Notes: generated by a model not told the origin, from the letters alone. A stretch of DNA of 64,000 nucleotides from Halarcobacter sp. (GCA_048571215.1 CP182352.1:1536001-1600000), one strand, 5' to 3'. Positions 49,479 to 59,506 are shown, numbered from the stretch's first letter. Translations and numbers: made by a program.

Positions 49479-51343
49479 GTAGAGACCTGACATATAAGGG
49501 ATTAAAACGACTATCAAGTGCTTTTATATTTTTATTATCTACTGTAGAGACCTGACATATAAGGGATTAAAACTTAAAAACAGACATCTATATTCTCCTT
49601 ATTGTTTGTGTAGAGACCTGACATATAAGGGATTAAAACTTACTAGAGCTGTAAATTTTACAGAGTTACCAGAGTGTAGAGACCTGACATATAAGGGATT
49701 AAAACGAGTTATTATGAATTTTTATTGATTTTGTTAAAAAGTAGAGACCTGACATATAAGGGATTAAAACTATTATTACTTAATATTTTATTTTATAACA
49801 ATTTTTCTGTAGAGACCTGACATATAAGGGATTAAAACTACTATTTAAAGCCATGATATCCCCCTTACTTTTCTGTAGAGACCTGACATATAAGGGATTA
49901 AAACGTAGATAACTAAACATTCTATTATTTTATCAACTTGTAGAGACCTGACATATAAGGGATTAAAACCTGGGTGAAAAACTTGGAGTGGTGGGAAGAA
50001 ATATGTAGAGACCTGACATATAAGGGATTAAAACAAATAAGATAATCCCTCTGCAATAGTATTAAATCCGTAGAGACCTGACATATAAGGGATTAAAACT
50101 GAAAAAGAGAAACACTAGCAGAATGAATATAATTACGTAGAGACCTGACATATAAGGGATTAAAACATTTGTAATTAATCCATATCTTGTAATGCTCCTT
50201 GTAGAGACCTGACATATAAGGGATTAAAACGCATCTTTGTATATGTCTTTCCATATCCAAAAAGCTAGTAGAGACCTGACATATAAGGGATTAAAACATA
50301 ATCACCAATTAGCTTTAAATCTTCTTTTTTATAGGTAGAGACCTGACATATAAGGGATTAAAACCAATTTTACTTAGTTCAAAAAGACTGTAATCTTCAT
50401 TGTAGAGACCTGACATATAAGGGATTAAAACTCCACTAAGTCTTTTTTGGAAGTCTTTAAGTTAAGAGTAGAGACCTGACATATAAGGGATTAAAACATG
50501 ACACTTGAAACTTTTTTTAACACAAACGAAACAGTAGAGACCTGACATATAAGGGATTAAAACTTAAAAGCGTGAAGTTGATCTATTAGTTCTGTACCGT
50601 AGAGACCTGACATATAAGGGATTAAAACTATAGTTCCACATCTTTTGTCTAATACTTATTTTGTAGAGACCTGACATATAAGGGATTAAAACATTAAAGG
50701 TTGAGCTGTATCATAGTTTACTCCTAGTGTAGAGACCTGACATATAAGGGATTAAAACTAGCATATGCTATTTTGTTTTCGACACTAGATAAGTAGAGAC
50801 CTGACATATAAGGGATTAAAACTTTACATAAGTTTCATTTAGTGTTAAATATGCTTCTGTAGAGACCTGACATATAAGGGATTAAAACTTTGAAAATGCA
50901 AAAGGTCTTTTATGTTCCGCATCATTGTAGAGACCTGACATATAAGGGATTAAAATTGAAATAAAATTTATCAAACCAAATAATAAACCTAGTAGAGACC
51001 TGACATATAAGGGATTAAAATGCAGATACAACACAAAAACCATTATCTTTGAATGCTGTAGAGACCTGACATATAAGGGATTTAAAATACCTATGCCTAA
51101 TTGTTGTCTACCTTGTACTTGTAGTAGAGACCTGACATATAAGGGATTAAAATTTCCAAATATGGTGAACAGTAGGTGCAATATCATGTAGAGACCTGAC
51201 ATATAAGGGATTAAAATAATTTTACTGTTGCACTTACACTAGTTGCAGCCATTGTAGAGACCTGACATATAAGGGATTAAAATAATGATGTAAATACTCG
51301 TAATCAGGACAATCAAACTGTAGAGACCTGACATATAAGGGAT
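49479..51343 (+). CRISPR. CRISPR array: 29 repeats (GTAGAGACCTGACATATAAGGGATTAAAAC, 30 bp) and 28 spacers of about 34-38 bp
   Basis: Repeats counted directly; the 3' ATTAAAAC handle and degeneration at the right end set the + orientation. Confidence 0.97.
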
Positions 51344-51673
51344 GTTTTTAATAAATAAGGAATAACGAATAATGAATAATCTTCTTCAACTTTTCATTTT
51401 TCACTTTTCATTATTCATTTATATTGACCTGACATATAAGGAATGTTTTTAATGAATAATGAATAATCTTCTTTAATTTTTCATTTTTCACTTTTCATTA
51501 TTCATTTATATTGACCTGCCATATAAGGGATTAAAACGATACACACATATCAAATTGTTTCTCTTCAAAGCTAGTAGAGACCTGACATATAAGGGATGTT
51601 TTTAATGAATAAGGAATAACGAATAATGAATAATCTTCTTCAATTTTTCATTTTTCACTTTTCATTATTCATT
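51344..51673 (+). repeat. Degenerate CRISPR trailer: partial repeats, one extra spacer and three heptamer-based inverted-repeat blocks
   Basis: Partial repeats at 51426, 51513 and 51574; spacer 51538-51573; AATGAAT-type and TTTTCAT-type heptamer arms in three blocks. Confidence 0.85.
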
Positions 51674-51678
51674 ACTAT

Positions 51679-52512
51679 CTAATAATCCCTTCCATAAAGC
51701 TCTGAGGCTTCTTGTATTACTAAAAAAGCATCGGGATCGTATATATTTACTATCTCTTTTAGTTTTTGTAGCTTTGGAAAATCAACTATAACCAAGATTA
51801 GGGTTTTAGAACCATTTTGATTTAGATTTACTCCATGTAAGATTGTTCCATGTTCCCCTAAACTATCAAATATATGCGTTGATAATTCATCTACATTATT
51901 TGTTACTATGCTAACAGCTTTTTGTGAAGGATTTCCAGAAAGAAGCATATCAACTATTTTAGATGTAATATATACACCTATAACACTATATAAAGCTTGT
52001 TCAACATCTCCATATACCAAAGCAGCAGCTACCATTGTGGCTCCATCTATTATTAAAATAATTTGTGAAGTTTTAAACTTGGTTTTTGCAGATATGATCT
52101 CTGCAACTATTGTTGTACCACCTGTTGAAGCTCTACCCAATATAATAAGCCCAACCCCTAATCCAATTAATAATCCACCAAATAAAGATGCAAGTATAGT
52201 TTCATGTGTTGCTGCTGGTAGGGATAAGAATTCTTTTAAAAAATCAGTAAATACAGAAATCAGACCTATACTTATCAATGTTTTGATTAAAAAAAATTTT
52301 CCAAAATATTTAAATCCTATAATAATTAAAGGAGTACTAACAATAACAATCCAAGTTCCCAGTGTAAAAATAGGAAATAAAACATGCAAAAGTTGTGCAG
52401 GACCTATTCCACCACCTGTAATAAGATTATTAGGATTTAAAAAAGCTATTGTAGAAAATGCAATACAAAAACATCCAACAACTATAAAAACTAAACTTTT
52501 CATCTCTTTCAT
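51679..52512 (-). CDS. YitT family membrane protein
   Basis: TGGG-x-G, ASTGGT, DPDAFL. Confidence 0.85.
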   Translation of the reverse strand: MKEMKSLVFIVVGCFCIAFSTIAFLNPNNLITGGGIGPAQLLHVLFPIFTLGTWIVIVSTPLIIIGFKYFGKFFLIKTLISIGLISVFTDFLKEFLSLPAATHETILASLFGGLLIGLGVGLIILGRASTGGTTIVAEIISAKTKFKTSQIILIIDGATMVAAALVYGDVEQALYSVIGVYITSKIVDMLLSGNPSQKAVSIVTNNVDELSTHIFDSLGEHGTILHGVNLNQNGSKTLILVIVDFPKLQKLKEIVNIYDPDAFLVIQEASELYGRDY

Positions 52513-53651
52513 TTTTCTCCTTCGATTAACTCTTTAAGCCTTTGTATACCTATTTTTACCTCTTCTTTTGAAGAGTGGGTAAAATTAAATCTTATCTCAT
52601 CACAAATTTCTCTTGTGATATAAAACTCACTTCCAGGTACATAAACAACTTTTTTCTTTAAAGCTTCATAAACTAATTTATATGTATCTATGTTTGGTAA
52701 TTTTCCATAAATAAACATCCCACCTTTTGGTTTCTCGTATTCAAATTGTGGCAATAATTCATCTAAAGCAGAAGCAAAAGTGTGCATTTTGTTTTTGTAC
52801 TCTACCCTTAAGTTTTTTAAATGTTCTTTATACCTTGAACTATCTTTTAAATACTCATCTAAAATGTATTGAGAGATACCACTTGAGTGTAAATCCACTG
52901 TCTCTTTTATAAGTATAAGTTCATTTATAACCTCTTCATTTGCTCTAATCCAACCAATTCTAAGAGCTGGTGATAGAGTTTTTGAGAAAGAACCCAGATG
53001 AAAACTATTGTTAGGCAATCTACTAGTTATACTTCTTGATTTTTCCCCATAAAATAGTTCACTATAAGGTGCATCTTCTATAATATATCCACCATATTTT
53101 TTAACTGTTTTTGCTATTTCAATCCTTTTTTCTTCACTATATAAAGAACCCTTTGGGTTTTGAAAATCTGGAATTAGATATGCCAATTTTACTTTTTCAT
53201 ATTCTTCTTCAAACTCCTTTGTATCTATACCATCATACTCTAAAGTGATTGGTTTCATATTTAGCTTATTCATCCTAAAAATATTTACTGCACCTAAATA
53301 AGATGGTTTTTCCACAAGGATATCTTTTGATTCAAAATATTTTGCAATAATAAAAAGTGCTTGTTGACTCCCTGTTGTTATCAAAATATTATTTGGATTT
53401 GTTTCAATCCCCTCTTCATTGTAAAAAGTTGCTATCTTTTCTCTTAAACTTGATATTCCATTACTTATTGCATATTGGAAATTTTTTTTATTTTTAAATA
53501 TTTTTTCACTTGCCTTTGCTAAATCTTCTATTGGAAATAGATTCTCATCAGGCAAGCCACCTGCAAAAGAGATTGTCTCTTCATCTATTGATTCTAAAAT
53601 TTGTCTTATAAATGATCGTTTAGTATCAAAACTACTATTTTCCTGTTTCAT
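52509..53651 (-). CDS. PLP-dependent aminotransferase class I/II (LysN/MocR-like)
   Basis: ISFAGGLP, GSQQAL, PDFQNP, EDAPY, GSFSK...RIGW. Confidence 0.88.
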   Translation of the reverse strand: MKQENSSFDTKRSFIRQILESIDEETISFAGGLPDENLFPIEDLAKASEKIFKNKKNFQYAISNGISSLREKIATFYNEEGIETNPNNILITTGSQQALFIIAKYFESKDILVEKPSYLGAVNIFRMNKLNMKPITLEYDGIDTKEFEEEYEKVKLAYLIPDFQNPKGSLYSEEKRIEIAKTVKKYGGYIIEDAPYSELFYGEKSRSITSRLPNNSFHLGSFSKTLSPALRIGWIRANEEVINELILIKETVDLHSSGISQYILDEYLKDSSRYKEHLKNLRVEYKNKMHTFASALDELLPQFEYEKPKGGMFIYGKLPNIDTYKLVYEALKKKVVYVPGSEFYITREICDEIRFNFTHSSKEEVKIGIQRLKELIEGEK

Positions 53652-53712
53652 TGTACTTTCCTTTGATTTTGTGAATTATAGAACAATAAAAAATTTTATT
53701 CTTTAATGTTTT

Positions 53713-53771
53713 TGCTAAAAAAGTTAACTATTTTTGCTCAAAAGTATCATAAATATTGCTATAATACTATT
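53713..53771. promoter_or_regulatory. Tandem TGCT (AGCA) operator plus extended -10 of a leaderless regulator gene
   Basis: TGCT at 53713 and 53735; TGcTATAAT-actatt-ATG at 53772. Confidence 0.55.
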
Positions 53772-54641
53772 ATGAAAAAAAATACTCTGGAAAAACATAC
53801 AAAACTTGCAAATAATATTATGTACTACATATATAAATATATAGATACAGATATAAACCTAGATGAACTTTGCATTGAACTAGATGTTAGTAGATTTCAT
53901 ATGCATAGAATATTCAAAGAGGAGTTTGGACAAAATATTTATGAAACCATAAAATCAATCAGACTTCAAAAAGCTTCCTTACTTCTTCTTACAAATAAAA
54001 ACTCAACCATAACAGATATAGCAAAGATGTGTGGATATGGATCACAAGCAGCTTTCATGAGAGTATTTAAACAAAAATTTGAAATGACACCAAAACAGTG
54101 GAGAAAGGGTGAATATAAAAAATTTACCAATGATATCTTAATAAAATCAGAAAGCGCCTCAAATGCATTGGTTGATTTCTCAAATCTTATGCCAAGCATA
54201 CTTAAAATGTCTCCAATGAAAGCTTATTATATAAGACATAAGGGATATGGAAAAAGCATAAGAAATACTTGGCAGAAACTCCATACTTGGCTTTTATGCA
54301 ATAATATTGAAAACTATACACAACTAGGCTTACACCATGACAATCCAACTATAACACCTCTTGATGAGTGTAGATACAATGCTTGTATTGTTGTAGATGA
54401 TGAATTAAAAAATGAAACTCTTCCTAGCTTTATAATCCCTGGAGGAGTATATGCAAGATTCGATTTTGAAGGGAAATATGGAGATATTTTAAAATTTATG
54501 CATTGGGTATATTTTGAGTGGTTAATAAACAGTGGATATGAAACCACAACAAACCCCTCATATGCCATATATAAAAAAAATCATTTTTTAGATAGTGATG
54601 AAAAGTTTATAGTAAGTTATTATATCCCTATTAGGCTATAA
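53772..54641 (+). CDS. AraC family regulator with GyrI-like domain (paralog of 29175-30056)
   Basis: SRFHMHRIFK, IKSIRLQKA, HHDNPTITP; start at 53772 aligns with the paralog. Confidence 0.88.
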   Translation: MKKNTLEKHTKLANNIMYYIYKYIDTDINLDELCIELDVSRFHMHRIFKEEFGQNIYETIKSIRLQKASLLLLTNKNSTITDIAKMCGYGSQAAFMRVFKQKFEMTPKQWRKGEYKKFTNDILIKSESASNALVDFSNLMPSILKMSPMKAYYIRHKGYGKSIRNTWQKLHTWLLCNNIENYTQLGLHHDNPTITPLDECRYNACIVVDDELKNETLPSFIIPGGVYARFDFEGKYGDILKFMHWVYFEWLINSGYETTTNPSYAIYKKNHFLDSDEKFIVSYYIPIRL

Positions 54642-54721
54642 AGTAGGCTTTGTCATAAAAATGTCGTAACCGACATCTTATAAAAATTTGTATAATATTA
54701 AAAAATTTTTGGAGAATTACT

Positions 54722-55096
54722 ATGATAATAAAAAACTTAAGAATAGAAAATGGTTGGTCACAAGAAAAATTAGCTGAAATCACTGGATTGAGTTTAAGAA
54801 CTATACAAAGAGTAGAAAAAGAGGACAAAGCTAGCTTGGAATCTCTAAATCTTTTAGCTAATGCTTTTAGCTTAGATATTAAACAACTACAAGATAAATT
54901 AAAAAATAAACCTTTTAAAACTGAAACTGAAACTAAAAATAATCATAAGAAAATAATCACAATTTTTATTGCTGTAAACTTACTACTTATTACTATAAAT
55001 CTTTTAACAAACTCTAGTCACTTATGGTTTATCTATCCATTATTAGGATGGGGAATTCCACTTTTTTATAAAATATATATAAAAGAAAAGCTTTAA
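54722..55096 (+). CDS. XRE HTH protein with C-terminal 2TM domain
   Basis: WSQEKLAEITGLSLRTIQRVE; WFIYPLLGWG. Confidence 0.8.
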   Translation: MIIKNLRIENGWSQEKLAEITGLSLRTIQRVEKEDKASLESLNLLANAFSLDIKQLQDKLKNKPFKTETETKNNHKKIITIFIAVNLLLITINLLTNSSHLWFIYPLLGWGIPLFYKIYIKEKL

Positions 55097-56337
55097 AATC
55101 TACTATTTTTTATCACTTTTTCTATCTTTTTTTTATCCACTTTAAGATTTTTTGCTTCTTGTTTAAATCTACTTATAAAATACTCTTTTATGTTTTTTAC
55201 TAACTCCTCTATCTCTTTGTCACTTCCTATTGAAAACATCTTTGAAACAGCTTTTATATCCTCTATACTAAAATCATCTCTTTTTCCATTTATACTCATT
55301 TGGTGTTTTGCTGTATAGTCATTGCCTTTATTATATGTGATATCATATAAAGGTGCAGTTTTCCAAACTCCTTTTTCATCCATCAAAAAAGAGAAGTTTT
55401 TTGTATGATCATCTTGATTACAAGTAATTACATTGTATAACATATGGATAAATGCACTCTCCAATTGCTGTCTATCTTTAGTAAGGTATTCAACTACTCT
55501 TAAATACTCTTCGTAAGAGTAAGAACCTGGTATATTAAAATTTGTATGAGTAAGCCCGCATAAAGAGTGCATATGTATTTTTTTATCTTCTATAATATCA
55601 AATCTTTTTACTAAAAGATGACTAAAATCTCTTTCGTGAAAAATCTCTACATCTGCTACGTTTAAATCAAGCTCTTTTGCTATTTTCATATAGATATACT
55701 CAACTTTTCCATAATCTGCTGGAACATAATCTTTTCCAACACCATCAAATTTTATAAGATAGTTCTCAAAACCTTTTTTAAAAGGTAGTCTTCCTGATAC
55801 TATTTCATTTGTAGTTTTATTCCATTGAATAACCGCTTTTGCTCTAGCTCCCCCTGCACTTCCTCCTGATGATATTAGTTCAGGAATTGCAACTGTAATA
55901 TCCCCTTTTATAATCTTTCTAGCATCATCAACCAAAGATTTTATCTCTAAAGATTCTTTTAAAATCTCTGTTGGTTCATTTGGAATATACTCCAAAGCTC
56001 CCATACCAGTTTTTCCTATATATGCTAACTTTTGTATTGATGATAATTCATACTCATTTATCCCTTTTTTTGCATAAAATCTTTTTATAACCTCATTTCC
56101 AAATTTATCAGGTAAAGAATCAAAAAATACTCCAGCTAAACCTTCAAAAAATCTATCATCACTATTGTTATAAACAGCAGTTGTCTCTAAAGGCAATTTT
56201 ATAGGGGATATCTCTAAACCACTATTTTTAAACTCATCTTCATATTCAAAATATATATTATCTTTCTCATCTAAAGATAAAAACCCAACTATTTGCCCAT
56301 AAAGTTGTACAATCAAAGAATCATTATTCGTTTTCAT
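55093..56337 (-). CDS. hipA: HipA family kinase toxin
   Basis: DSLPD-x-FG, GMGALEY, SAGGARAKA, KRFD, NQDDHTKNFSF, PLYD. Confidence 0.85.
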   Translation of the reverse strand: MKTNNDSLIVQLYGQIVGFLSLDEKDNIYFEYEDEFKNSGLEISPIKLPLETTAVYNNSDDRFFEGLAGVFFDSLPDKFGNEVIKRFYAKKGINEYELSSIQKLAYIGKTGMGALEYIPNEPTEILKESLEIKSLVDDARKIIKGDITVAIPELISSGGSAGGARAKAVIQWNKTTNEIVSGRLPFKKGFENYLIKFDGVGKDYVPADYGKVEYIYMKIAKELDLNVADVEIFHERDFSHLLVKRFDIIEDKKIHMHSLCGLTHTNFNIPGSYSYEEYLRVVEYLTKDRQQLESAFIHMLYNVITCNQDDHTKNFSFLMDEKGVWKTAPLYDITYNKGNDYTAKHQMSINGKRDDFSIEDIKAVSKMFSIGSDKEIEELVKNIKEYFISRFKQEAKNLKVDKKKIEKVIKNSRF

Positions 56338-56722
56338 TTTTTGCCTTTAACTTATCTAACAAAATTCCTATTCTTGTGGGTTTTGATTCATTTTTTGATT
56401 TAGAAGAATCTATTTTTTCTTTTTTGCTTGCTCTTTTTCTTTCAGGTTTTTTTATATTTTTGTTTAATACTTTTTCTTTTGGTGAAAAACTGTTTTTAAT
56501 AAATAGATTGTTTAACTCCATAGTTTTACCCAATGCTTTTGTTATATTAATAAAGTTTTCAAAACTTCCTTTGCCATTTTTTTCAAATATCTTATATGTA
56601 GATAAAGATAAACCTGATTTTAAAGCCATATCCTCTTGAGTAATATTTTGCCTTAATCTTTCATCTTTTATTTTATGTGCAAACTCTTTTGATATCTCTT
56701 GTGTAGTACTAAACTCATTCAT
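56324..56722 (-). CDS. HTH antitoxin (HipB-like)
   Basis: RQNITQEDMALKSGLSLSTY-x-x-FE; overlaps the hipA start. Confidence 0.8.
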   Translation of the reverse strand: MNEFSTTQEISKEFAHKIKDERLRQNITQEDMALKSGLSLSTYKIFEKNGKGSFENFINITKALGKTMELNNLFIKNSFSPKEKVLNKNIKKPERKRASKKEKIDSSKSKNESKPTRIGILLDKLKAKNENE

Positions 56723-57003
56723 AATATAAGCCTTTATAGTTTAAATTTAAGCTTTTAATTTATATATCTTAATATAATAGATTAAATTTAGACTATTATA
56801 TATAAAATTTTAGATTTTGTCAACTAATAGTTTATATTTAATACTTTAAGTTCTTATTTTTAATTTAACAGCTTATATATAAATCTTTATTATATAAATA
56901 TATCGTAAAACAAAAATAACTATAAATAATATATAATACAATATTTTATTAACTATCAATATTTTATGTGATAGAATTTATCAAACCAATATAAAGGTAA
57001 GCT

Positions 57004-58002
57004 ATGAAAAAGATTAAAAATGTAATTATTGATTCTGATATGGGTTGGGATGATGTATTATCAATTTGTTATTTGATGAAAAACCCATCTATAAATATAC
57101 TAGCTATTACTGTAACTGGATGTGGAGAAACAGATCTTAAATGGGGTTCAATCATAGCAAAAACACTTATGGAACTAGGAGAACAAGTAGATGCAAAAGT
57201 ATCTATTGGAGCAGATAAACCTCTAAAATTTAATCATAAATTTCCCCAATCATTTAAAAATGACATGAATGATATTATGGGTTTAATGGGAAGCTTAAAT
57301 CCAAAAAACACTATTGAATTTGATAAAAGAGATGCTTGGGATTTATTATATGATAGCTTAGAAAATTGTTCTGAAAAAATCACTATACTATCTCTTGGAG
57401 GATTTACAAATATTGCAAAAATGTTAGAAAAATATCCTACTGCAAAAATAGAAAATATAGAACAAATCTATGCAATGGCAGGTGCAGTTTATGTTGATGG
57501 AAATGTGGCTCTTTTGAATAATGCAAAAAAACAGTGGAATCAAGGAGCTATTTATAGTACAAATTATAGTGCCGAATGGAATGTTTTTGTTGACCCCGTT
57601 GCAACAAAAAAAGTTTTTGATTCAACTATTCCTATTACTTTAATTCCTCTTGATGCTTGCAATTATGTTGTATTAAATGCCCAGTATGTAGATACTATAA
57701 CAACAATTGACCCAATAGCTACCCTTGTAAAAAATATTTTTATACAAAAAACAGGAAGCCATGATGAAGGTATTCCAGTACCAATATTTGACCCACTAGC
57801 TACTATGATCATGGCTGGTGATTTGCAATATTATCAATTCCATGAGCAGTATTTAGATGTAAATACAAGCGATACAGAAGTAAATAATCATTGTGGTAAA
57901 ACATATATAACACCAAAAGGAAAAAGAAAAATCACAATTGTTCAAGGTGTATCTCAATTGGAATTTTCAATACAATTTGCAAAAATAATAAACAAAGGAT
58001 AA
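57004..58002 (+). CDS. Nucleoside hydrolase (IU-NH family)
   Basis: DSDMGWDD (DxDxxxDD), AEWNVFVDP, IPLD, FDPL. Confidence 0.85.
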   Translation: MKKIKNVIIDSDMGWDDVLSICYLMKNPSINILAITVTGCGETDLKWGSIIAKTLMELGEQVDAKVSIGADKPLKFNHKFPQSFKNDMNDIMGLMGSLNPKNTIEFDKRDAWDLLYDSLENCSEKITILSLGGFTNIAKMLEKYPTAKIENIEQIYAMAGAVYVDGNVALLNNAKKQWNQGAIYSTNYSAEWNVFVDPVATKKVFDSTIPITLIPLDACNYVVLNAQYVDTITTIDPIATLVKNIFIQKTGSHDEGIPVPIFDPLATMIMAGDLQYYQFHEQYLDVNTSDTEVNNHCGKTYITPKGKRKITIVQGVSQLEFSIQFAKIINKG

Positions 58003-58004
58003 TT

Positions 58005-58955
58005 ATGAAAAGGATTTTAGTACTTCTAATATTTAGTTTAATATTTTCAAACTATATATATGCAAAAGCAAATAAGTCTGAAGTTTCAAGCTTCTTAGAA
58101 CTTGATAAAATTGTCAACGATTTAAATAAACATTCAACAACTCTTATTGTTATGGATGATGATGATACTTTAACTATGATGCAGTGTGATAAAACAAAAG
58201 AGGATAAATACTGCCAATATTTAGGTGGTCCTGCATGGTATTCATGGCAAGATCAATTATTGAAAGATTATCAACAAAAGAAAATAGATTCAAAATACAG
58301 GGTAGCTTCAAATGAAGATGAACTACTAAAGATATCTACTTTACTATTTAGTTTAAACAATATGCCTTATACAGATAAAAATATTCCAAATATCCTTTCA
58401 AAACTATCACAAAAAGGGGTTAGACTTATGGTTGAAACAGCTAGAGGAAGTGATAATTTAAGTGCAACAAGCGCACAGTTTTCAAATCTTCAGGCACCAA
58501 ATGGTACATTTTTACAACTTATAAAAGAAAATTCTCTAAAGTTTGGGAAAAATAAAACATCAAGTTTGGCAAGTCCTTTTTTACCTTGTGATATTAAATC
58601 ATCACGAGCAATCTCTTATCAAAATGGAGTGATGTATCTTGCAGGACAAGATAAGGGTAAAATGTTGCAATGCATCTTATCATTATACGAAAATACCCCT
58701 ACTTCAAATAAAATAGATACTATTGTATTTATAGATGATACCTTAGAAAATGTAATCAATATTTATAATGCTTTTAAAACAAATAAAAAATATGATGTTC
58801 ATGCTTTTCATTATACAGCTTTTGAACAACATAAAAACGCTTTAACAAAAGGGAAGAAAAAAGATATTTATCAAGAACAAACATATAAAAGATGGATAGA
58901 AATAAAAAAAGTGATTGAAACAAATCTTCTAGACCCAGCACTAGAAGATAATTGA
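58005..58955 (+). CDS. Secreted HAD-like protein (DUF2608-like)
   Basis: Signal peptide; VMDDDDTL, ETAR, DKG, VFIDD. Confidence 0.65.
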   Translation: MKRILVLLIFSLIFSNYIYAKANKSEVSSFLELDKIVNDLNKHSTTLIVMDDDDTLTMMQCDKTKEDKYCQYLGGPAWYSWQDQLLKDYQQKKIDSKYRVASNEDELLKISTLLFSLNNMPYTDKNIPNILSKLSQKGVRLMVETARGSDNLSATSAQFSNLQAPNGTFLQLIKENSLKFGKNKTSSLASPFLPCDIKSSRAISYQNGVMYLAGQDKGKMLQCILSLYENTPTSNKIDTIVFIDDTLENVINIYNAFKTNKKYDVHAFHYTAFEQHKNALTKGKKKDIYQEQTYKRWIEIKKVIETNLLDPALEDN

Positions 58956-58965
58956 TTTAGATAAC

Positions 58966-58992
58966 TGAGTAAAGGATTATCCCCTTTACTCA
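58966..58992. terminator. Hairpin terminator between convergent genes
   Basis: TGAGTAAAGG-attatcc-CCTTTACTCA. Confidence 0.7.
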
Positions 58993-58999
58993 TAAAATA

Positions 59000-59347
59000 T
59001 TATGCTTTTTTTACAAACTCTTGTTTTAGTTTAATTGCACCAACACCTGGAACTTTACAGTCTATATTGTGACCATCATTTCCTTCAACAAGTCTAATAC
59101 CTTTGATTTTAGTACCAACTTTAATACCTGATGAGCTACCTTTAACTTTTAAGTCTTTTATAACTGTTACTTCATCCCCATCACTTAAAATTGTACCATT
59201 TGCATCTTTTACTACTAACGTATCTTCATCTTCTGTTGCAACAGCATCTGCTGACCATTCGTGTGCACATTCTGGACAGATAAGAAGAGTTCCATCTTCA
59301 TAAGTATATTCACTATTACATTTAGGACAATTTGGTAATTGACTCAT
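59000..59347 (-). CDS. yjdM: Zinc-ribbon protein YjdM/PhnA
   Basis: CPKC...[25 protein letters not shown]. Confidence 0.88.
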   Translation of the reverse strand: MSQLPNCPKCNSEYTYEDGTLLICPECAHEWSADAVATEDEDTLVVKDANGTILSDGDEVTVIKDLKVKGSSSGIKVGTKIKGIRLVEGNDGHNIDCKVPGVGAIKLKQEFVKKA

Positions 59348-59506
59348 TGTTTTCCTTTAAAATTTTTTTGCAATTGTAAGATATTAATTAAATATTGTCA
59401 AATTTTGAAGCTTTTAGAAAAAACTCAATATAAATTTCAAACCATTATATCCACCAAAAATCAAGCAAATAAATAAGATAACAATTGGTATATTAATTAA
59501 GATTAA

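Noticed and set aside
50889..50926. Spacer 22 reverse complement translates NDAEHKRPFAFS, vaguely like a Cas6 KPFTFS motif
   Set aside because: Twelve residues are too few; it does not match the local cas6 and needs a database search
50882..51202. 106-aa minus-strand ORF
   Set aside because: Lies entirely in the CRISPR array; recurring NPLYVRSL is the translated repeat
53706..53771. ORF-track N-terminal extensions (53706; also 8722, 60371, 46529)
   Set aside because: They run through promoter or upstream-gene sequence; downstream ATGs fit the RBS, -10 or paralog alignment better
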